A model generated the notes under the pieces. That model saw only the letters and a program-made list of their open reading frames with translations. It had not been told where the DNA came from and did no database searches. Source: Deltaproteobacteria bacterium (GTDB lineage Bacteria; Myxococcota_A; Bradymonadia; REDH01). From it: a stretch of 64,000 bases of DNA. The stretch spans positions 77,321 to 141,320 of the forward strand of contig REDH01000072.1 in assembly GCA_007693585.1 (NCBI GenBank), read 5' to 3'. Every line of letters begins with the position of its first letter. The first letter of the stretch is position 1. The translations under genes and the position numbers were made by a program. Positions 58,086-64,000 of the stretch are shown in pieces.

Positions 58086-58934
58086 TCACTCGTACCTCTG
58101 CGTGGGCTTGCCCTGGTAGAAGCTGCGTGTCTGGAGGGCTGCGCTGGAGCCGAAGAGGGGCTCGCCGCCGTCGACCTGGAGGGTCGTTCCGGTGATGAAT
58201 CCGGCGGCCGGGGACAGGAGAAAGCAGACGGCGGCGGCGATCTCGCGCGGGGTGCCAAGGCGGCCAGCGGGGATGTTGCCCTCGCTCTCGAAGAAGGTCT
58301 TCCGGAACTCGGGGCTGTAGTTCTCGATGCCGCTGGACAGGATGACCCCCGGTGCCACGGCGTTCACGCGGATGCCCGACTGCGCCCACTCGAAGGCCAG
58401 CGTCTTCGTGAGGTTGTCCACCGCCGCACGCGCGGCGCCGGTGTGGGCCATCATGGGAAAGCCGTTCCACATCTGGGCGATGATGTTCACCACGGCACCG
58501 TCTCCGGCGGGCATCATCGCCCGCAGGGCCACCTCCTTCGACAGCAGGAACGTCCCGGTCAGGTTGGTCTCGATGACCGCATCCCACCCCTTGCGCCGGA
58601 TCATCACGGCCGGGGACGGGAACTGGCCTCCGCCGTTGTTCACCAGGAAGTCGACGCCCCCCATCCGCTCCATGGCCTCCTCCACGAAGGCCTGGACGGA
58701 CTCCTCCTCGCGGATGTTGCACGGATGAAGGTACACCTCCCCCGGCCCGTCGATCGCGCGAAGGATCTCCGCGCCCTTCTCGAGGTTCTCGCGCTTTCGG
58801 CTGCCGATCAGGACCGTCGCACCGAGGGCGCGCAGCTCGGCAGCGATGGCGAGCCCGATCCCTGTTCCGCCACCGGTGACGATCGCCCTCCGCCCCTCGA
58901 AGAGTCCTGTCCGAAAGATGCTCGCTTCCTGCAT
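58086..58934 (-). CDS. Short-chain dehydrogenase/reductase (SDR) family oxidoreductase
   Basis: AIVTGGGTGIGLAIA is the TGxxxGxG motif, with NNGG and a catalytic YxxxK region. Confidence 0.75.
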   Translation of the reverse strand: MQEASIFRTGLFEGRRAIVTGGGTGIGLAIAAELRALGATVLIGSRKRENLEKGAEILRAIDGPGEVYLHPCNIREEESVQAFVEEAMERMGGVDFLVNNGGGQFPSPAVMIRRKGWDAVIETNLTGTFLLSKEVALRAMMPAGDGAVVNIIAQMWNGFPMMAHTGAARAAVDNLTKTLAFEWAQSGIRVNAVAPGVILSSGIENYSPEFRKTFFESEGNIPAGRLGTPREIAAAVCFLLSPAAGFITGTTLQVDGGEPLFGSSAALQTRSFYQGKPTQRYE

Positions 58935-59112
58935 GTCGACCCTCCTCGTCGCCGGTTCACGTGCACGCGCCGGCCCGCGGCCGCGCGCGGGCGACCATGC
59001 CCGCCCACCGGAGCGACCGCAAGGGCGTCACCGAATCGGCACTGGCCTTGCCCGACGGGACGGCCTGGGGCACTCTTGCGCAGCCACACTCGCTCCCGCA
59101 CGCAGGGGTCCC

Positions 59113-60096
59113 ATGGCCACGATCGTCCTCCATGGCGGCGCCGGAAACTGGCCGCCGGAGAAGCACACCGCCGCACGCGCCGCCCTCGAGCGGGCCCTCG
59201 ACGCGGGCGTCGCGGCCCTCGCCCGGGGAGGGAATGCCGTCGACGCGGTGGTCGCCGCGGTCGAGGACATGGAGGACGAACCGCTGTTCAACGCCGGCAC
59301 CGGATCGAGCATCGGGATCGACGGACGGATCGAAATGGACGCATGCGTGATGCGGGGAGACACCCTCGAAGTCGGCGGCGTCTGCAACCTCCAGCGTGTC
59401 CGGCACCCGGTGGCGGTGGCGCGCGCCGTGATGGAGCAGACCGATCACGTGCTGGTCGGGGGCGAGGGCGCGCTGCGCCTCGCCCGGGCGCTGGGCTTCG
59501 CCGACTGGGACCCCGAGACCCCCGACAAGCGGGCGGGCTGGCAGGACCGGGTGCGGACCCTCGATGAGGGGGGCGACGCCTGGCTCCCCCGGATGAAGGC
59601 GCTGCTGGAGCGCCACCCCGAGCTGCGTCGCGGCACGGTGGGCGCCGTCGCCAGAGACCACGAGGGGCGGCTCGCCGCCGCCACCAGCACGGGCGGGGTC
59701 GCCCTGAAGCTCCCCGGACGCATCGGCGACACCCCACTGCCGGGGGCCGGCACCTGGGCGGACGCCCATGCCGCCATCTCCGCAACCGGGCGTGGAGAGC
59801 TCGTCATGCGCACACTCGCCGCGCGACGGGTCGCCGAGCGGGTGGCCTCGGGAAGCTCGGCCGACGAAGCCGTCTGCGCGACGCTCGACGAGCTCGCCCG
59901 CACCGTCGGCGCCGACACCGGCCTGATCGCCATCGACCGCAACGGCAACGTGTCGATCCGGCACGACACCCCGACCATGGCGTGGGCACGCGCCGACCTC
60001 GAAGACGCCATCCGCCGGAGCACCGGGGTGGTCACTGCCCCGCGCCGGGGCGCTCCGCGCAGGCCCCCCCTTGATGACCCGGACGACGCTCGTTAG
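59113..60096 (+). CDS. Isoaspartyl peptidase / L-asparaginase (Ntn-hydrolase, plant-type asparaginase family)
   Basis: MATIVLHGGAGN...GTVGAVARD (autoproteolytic Thr nucleophile) ...HMGIID-like core. Confidence 0.75.
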   Translation: MATIVLHGGAGNWPPEKHTAARAALERALDAGVAALARGGNAVDAVVAAVEDMEDEPLFNAGTGSSIGIDGRIEMDACVMRGDTLEVGGVCNLQRVRHPVAVARAVMEQTDHVLVGGEGALRLARALGFADWDPETPDKRAGWQDRVRTLDEGGDAWLPRMKALLERHPELRRGTVGAVARDHEGRLAAATSTGGVALKLPGRIGDTPLPGAGTWADAHAAISATGRGELVMRTLAARRVAERVASGSSADEAVCATLDELARTVGADTGLIAIDRNGNVSIRHDTPTMAWARADLEDAIRRSTGVVTAPRRGAPRRPPLDDPDDAR

Positions 60097-60149
60097 AGCC
60101 CCGTCCGGCTGCAGGCCCTCATCCCCCTTTCCGCTGTCATGGAGTTCCC

Positions 60150-61388
60150 TTGAGCAAGCCAGCCCCCTGGATCACACCGATGCCCGATGACCAGTTCGCG
60201 CGCATGCGCGACATCCTCGCCGCACCCAGCCCGATCGGGCTCGAGGCCGCCATGACCGAGGGCGTCATCGTCCCGCAGTTCGAGGCATTCATGCCGACAG
60301 GCTGGGCGGTTCACCGGTTCCGCGGCAACGCGGGGGTGGTCATCGACACCGCCCCCGACGCCACCGACCGGCTGACCGTCATGGTGATCGGCCACGCGGA
60401 CAAGATCCGCATGATGGTCCGCAGCATCGGCGAGGACGGAAAGATCTGGATCGACAGCGACTCCTTCCTTCCCCAGACCCTCATCGGCCACGAAGTCCGC
60501 ATCTTCTCCGAGGACCCCGCCTCCCCCGGCAGCTACCGCGTCATCGAGGGCGGCACCGTCGAGGCCCTCGGCGCCATCCACTTCGCCCCCCCCGAGGTGC
60601 GCAGCGGGAGCACCGGCATCCGAAAGCAGCAGCTCTACGTCGAGCTGCAGCTCACCGGGGACGACCGCCGCAAGCAGGTCGAGGCGACCGGAATCCGCCC
60701 CGGAGACAGCATCCTGCTCCACCGCCCGATCCGACGTGGGTTCGGCCCGGACAGCTTCTACGGCGCCTACCTCGACAACGGCTACGGCTGCTTCGCGACG
60801 GCAGAGGCCGCCCGGCTCATCGCCGCCGACAAGGCGCTGAAGCACCTCCGCGTCCTCTTCGCGTTCGCAGCCTACGAAGAGATCGGCCGCTTCGGCAGTC
60901 GGGTCTTCGCCGGCGAGCTCAAGCCCGATGTCGTGATCGGCGTGGACGTCAACCATGACTTCGACGCCGCGCCCGGCGTGTCCGAGGAGCGGTACACGCC
61001 GCTCAAAATGGGCAAGGGCTACACCCTCGCCGTCGGCGCGATCGTCAGCGAGCAGCTCAACGCGTTCTTCCAGCGCAGCAGCACCCAGGCCGGCATCCCG
61101 TTCCAGAAGAGCCCCTCCGGGCGGGACACCGGGACCGACGCCATGGCCGGCGTGCTCGCCTCCATCGACGCCGCGGCGACCTCCATCGGCGTGCCGATCC
61201 GCAACATGCACACGATCTCCGAAGCCGCGAACACCCGCGACGTCGTCGCGTCGATCCACGGCATCGTGGAGGCCCTGAGGCTCATGGAAGCCGAAAAGGT
61301 CGCGGCCGATGACTTCCGCAAGGGTCACCCGCGCCTCGACGACGCAAGCACCCAGGGGTGGCTGCCGGCGCAGGACGACAAGGACTGA
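60150..61388 (+). CDS. M42 family metallo-aminopeptidase (FrvX/glutamyl aminopeptidase-like)
   Basis: TTG start. VIGHADKIRMMV...DNGYGCFA...YEEIGRFG are M42 metal-binding motifs. Confidence 0.65.
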   Translation: MSKPAPWITPMPDDQFARMRDILAAPSPIGLEAAMTEGVIVPQFEAFMPTGWAVHRFRGNAGVVIDTAPDATDRLTVMVIGHADKIRMMVRSIGEDGKIWIDSDSFLPQTLIGHEVRIFSEDPASPGSYRVIEGGTVEALGAIHFAPPEVRSGSTGIRKQQLYVELQLTGDDRRKQVEATGIRPGDSILLHRPIRRGFGPDSFYGAYLDNGYGCFATAEAARLIAADKALKHLRVLFAFAAYEEIGRFGSRVFAGELKPDVVIGVDVNHDFDAAPGVSEERYTPLKMGKGYTLAVGAIVSEQLNAFFQRSSTQAGIPFQKSPSGRDTGTDAMAGVLASIDAAATSIGVPIRNMHTISEAANTRDVVASIHGIVEALRLMEAEKVAADDFRKGHPRLDDASTQGWLPAQDDKD

Positions 61389-61588
61389 GCCCGCGACGCA
61401 GTCCGGCTGACCCCGGCCGCCCGGAAGCGACCGGTCAGCGAAGGGCTCTCACAGCGTCGACACTGAACCGCTCCCGGTGGGGCTCACATCGCTGTGGCGC
61501 CCCAGGATGGCGAGTCCTCACGCCTCCTGCGTACCGCCGCAGGGTGCCATGCCCGGTTCAGCTCCGGAGCATGCGGTCACCCGGCCGG

Positions 61589-62020
61589 TCAGCGGTGGCG
61601 CCCCTTCTCGCGCTCGAGCTGTTCCTTGTACTCGATGCTGTAGCGGGTCCAGGGGCGCAGCTCGAGCCGCTTGAGACCGATGGGATCGCCCGTGCCCTCA
61701 CAGACGCCGTACGAGCCGCGCTCGAACTTGCCGAGCGCGTGGTCGATCTCGCGCAGGAGCTTCTTCTCCTTGTCGGCGAGGCGCAGGATGTAGGCCTGCT
61801 CGGACTGGCGCGTGGCGATGTCCATCTCGTCGGGGAGGTTGTCCGTGTCGGCCATCGCCTCGGCCATGTGCCGCTCGATGCGGGCCTTCACGCTCTCCCG
61901 CTCGGCATGCAGCTTCTCGCGCAGGCGAGAGATGTCCTCGCGCGTGAGCTCGGCCTCTTCCTCGTACTCGAATGCGTCCAGGTCTTCCGAGGCCTCGGTG
62001 GTGTTCTTCTTGTCCGCCAT
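61589..62020 (-). CDS. dksA: DksA/TraR-family RNA-polymerase-binding transcription factor, apparently lacking the canonical 4-Cys zinc finger
   Basis: Coiled-coil N-terminus with acidic tip residues (DNLPDEMDIATRQSEQ), and a C-terminus GSYGVCEGTGDPIGLKRLELRPWTRYSIEYKEQ that parallels DksA ([22 protein letters not shown]...CIDCK). Only one Cys is present. Confidence 0.65.
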   Translation of the reverse strand: MADKKNTTEASEDLDAFEYEEEAELTREDISRLREKLHAERESVKARIERHMAEAMADTDNLPDEMDIATRQSEQAYILRLADKEKKLLREIDHALGKFERGSYGVCEGTGDPIGLKRLELRPWTRYSIEYKEQLEREKGRHR

Positions 62021-62199
62021 GGGTCTGTCCGTGGGGTCTGGCTGCTCTGGAAAGCCCCGTGATGGGGCGCGGGGCGCAGTCGTCTATACGGCTGTCCACC
62101 GGGATGCAAGCCCCTTTGCGGCACCCCGAAGGAAACCCGAGTGTTTCCGGCGCGTCGGCGACCGCCCTCCCGACGACACGCCGCGTGACCCCGCGCTCG

Positions 62200-63777
62200 T
62201 CAAGGCCGCTCGATGCGCTCTCCATCGCCGTCGAAGGCGCGCGACGCGTCCCCGGCCGGCGACTGCACGCGGACGTTCAGGAAGCTCCGCTCCGCCGTGA
62301 CGTCGGTCACGTCGAACTCGACCGTGACGGTCCCGGTCGCGCCGGCGGAGAGGCTCGTCGGTCCCTCCACGAGCGTGACGTCCGGGCCGGCATTGCACCC
62401 GAACAGTCCCCGGCGGCACGACGGGCTCAGGTACCCCTCCGCGGCCGGATCGTTCGGATCCACAAAGTCGTCCCCGGCACAGGTGGGGAGCGAGAGAACG
62501 GTCCAGTCGAGACCCGCCGCGTCACCGCCGGAATTCGTCACCTCGACGCTGAACGTGCCCGACCCGGTCGCCTGGGGCGCAGGCCCGTCGTCCACGGTGG
62601 GACTGCAGAGGGTGTCGTCCTCGCCGTCGAAGGTGACCTGGCGCCGTGTGCCGGAGTCGGTCAAGGTGATCTCCGGCGTGCCGAAGTCGAGGGAGAGCTG
62701 CGCTCCTCCGCCGCCGGTGTTGATGGTGGTGGGCACGACCCGGTCCACGGTCGCGCCGCCTTCGGCGGTCGCGACGAGCGTCACGTCGGTGCTCTCCTGG
62801 TTTGCGGTGGCACGGACCCGGAGTGTGGCCTCCACGGTCTGTTCATCGCCGTCCGCCAGTGTTGCGAGGGTGTCCGGGGTCCCCACGACCTCGAAGAGAT
62901 CGGGGTCCACCAGGACCTGGAACCGAACCTGCTGCGCCGCGGCGGTCCCGGTGTTGCGGATCACCGCGAAGAGTCCATACGTCTCGCCGCGCTCGAGAAA
63001 GTTCACGGGATCACCGTCGGGGTCCTGCGGATCGACCCACCGCGGAAGGCCCCACTGCAGCAGAGGCCCATCCACCACCACATCGAAGGTGACGTTCCGA
63101 CGGATGGTCGAGACGCCCTGCGCCGACGCTTCCACCTCGAGGGTCACCGGCCCCGGGGAGGCACTGCTCCGCACGTCCATCTCGAAGGACACGACCTGTC
63201 CGTCCTCTCCCAGCGAGGAGATCGAGCGCAGCCGACTTCCGCGGAACTCCAGCCGCTGGGGCTCGTTCACCACACGCACCGACACCCCCTCCAGCGGCGT
63301 CGCGGAGGTTCCCTCGACGAGCGCCACGGCCACGTCGAGCCGCAGGCGGGCACCCGGAGCCGCACCCGACTGCAGCGGATCGACGCCGTCGATCACCTCC
63401 CCGTCCCCATCCAGGAGCACCATCGCCGGATCCGCCGCGAACCCGATCTCCGGACCGTCGCCACCGCCGGACTCGCACGTGCTCGTGCAGAACCAGCCGC
63501 TCCCTGCGCACACACACGTCACCTCGCAACCGCCCACGACCTCCCGCACCTCCTGCCCCACGCAGGGACAGGGCGTGCCCTGGGTCGGCACCTCGCCCGG
63601 CCCGAAGACCGCCTCCTGGCACGTTCCACCACCGCCACCGCCACTCCCGGTTCCCGCACCCCCATCGCCGTCGTCCGACCCGCAGCCCACGATCCCCAGC
63701 GCCAGCGCTCCGAGCAACAAGGCCACCAGCCGCCACCGAATGCCACCGCTCCCCCACTCCTGCGTTCCGATGCCCAT
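62200..63777 (-). CDS. Secreted lipoprotein with an N-terminal Gly/Cys-rich module followed by tandem beta-sandwich (Ig/CARDB-like) domains
   Basis: Signal and lipobox MGIGTQEWGSGGIRWRLVALLLGALALGIVGC. Cys-rich CQEAVFGPGEVPTQGTPCPCVGQEVREVVGGCEVTCVCAGSGWFCTSTC. A repeated pattern of T/V/D-rich beta strands. Confidence 0.5.
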   Translation of the reverse strand: MGIGTQEWGSGGIRWRLVALLLGALALGIVGCGSDDGDGGAGTGSGGGGGGTCQEAVFGPGEVPTQGTPCPCVGQEVREVVGGCEVTCVCAGSGWFCTSTCESGGGDGPEIGFAADPAMVLLDGDGEVIDGVDPLQSGAAPGARLRLDVAVALVEGTSATPLEGVSVRVVNEPQRLEFRGSRLRSISSLGEDGQVVSFEMDVRSSASPGPVTLEVEASAQGVSTIRRNVTFDVVVDGPLLQWGLPRWVDPQDPDGDPVNFLERGETYGLFAVIRNTGTAAAQQVRFQVLVDPDLFEVVGTPDTLATLADGDEQTVEATLRVRATANQESTDVTLVATAEGGATVDRVVPTTINTGGGGAQLSLDFGTPEITLTDSGTRRQVTFDGEDDTLCSPTVDDGPAPQATGSGTFSVEVTNSGGDAAGLDWTVLSLPTCAGDDFVDPNDPAAEGYLSPSCRRGLFGCNAGPDVTLVEGPTSLSAGATGTVTVEFDVTDVTAERSFLNVRVQSPAGDASRAFDGDGERIERP

Positions 63778-64000
63778 GCGTCGTGCTCCTCGTCCACAGG
63801 GCTCGACCGCCTCTCGGGCGTCCGGTCCCCGCGCTGTCCAGCACCGACTCCGACACACCTCGTGCCGCGCGGCGCCACCTCATGCTAGCCGCGCTGCACG
63901 TCCACCGCAACGCCACCGCGCCGCTCGAATCCGGCGAGACAACGGTTTGGTCTCCTGAGCAGTGTAGAGTCGCGTCCTCCCCTGGCAGCGCCCCCCACCT

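Overview
High-GC (about 70%) bacterial chromosomal segment, densely coding on both strands. MglA and MglB products that closely resemble the Myxococcus proteins point to a Myxococcota-like organism; this is inference from protein similarity, and no database search was run. Most genes are housekeeping: a gap-pgk-tpiA-secG glycolytic block; serS followed by all four tRNA-Ser isoacceptors; tRNA-Arg(ACG) immediately upstream of tadA; dnaX-ybaB-recR; a grpE-hsp70-dnaJ operon that continues, with overlapping stops and starts, into a site-2 protease, thiL and PBP1A; then hemW, pckA, ispA and tlyA. Accessory and notable content: a membrane-anchored kinase-like protein lacking catalytic residues, read in-frame through the left edge as a pseudokinase; an outer-membrane-like protein coupled to a 1,400-aa HEXXH zincin lipoprotein; an mglB-mglA-lipid kinase unit followed by a PP2C phosphatase; a GltJ/AgmX-like gene (Zn-ribbon, GYF-like, TM, TonB-C-like) followed by a hypothetical gene and a giant TPR gene; a 28-29 bp tandem repeat array in a convergent intergenic region; an AmgK-like kinase plus nucleotidyltransferase pair next to two membrane glycosyltransferases; and a tRNA-Leu whose anticodon I read as AAG. 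All calls rest on manual translation and motif recognition. Coordinates of gene starts are approximate where noted. No BLAST, HMM or tRNAscan run was possible.
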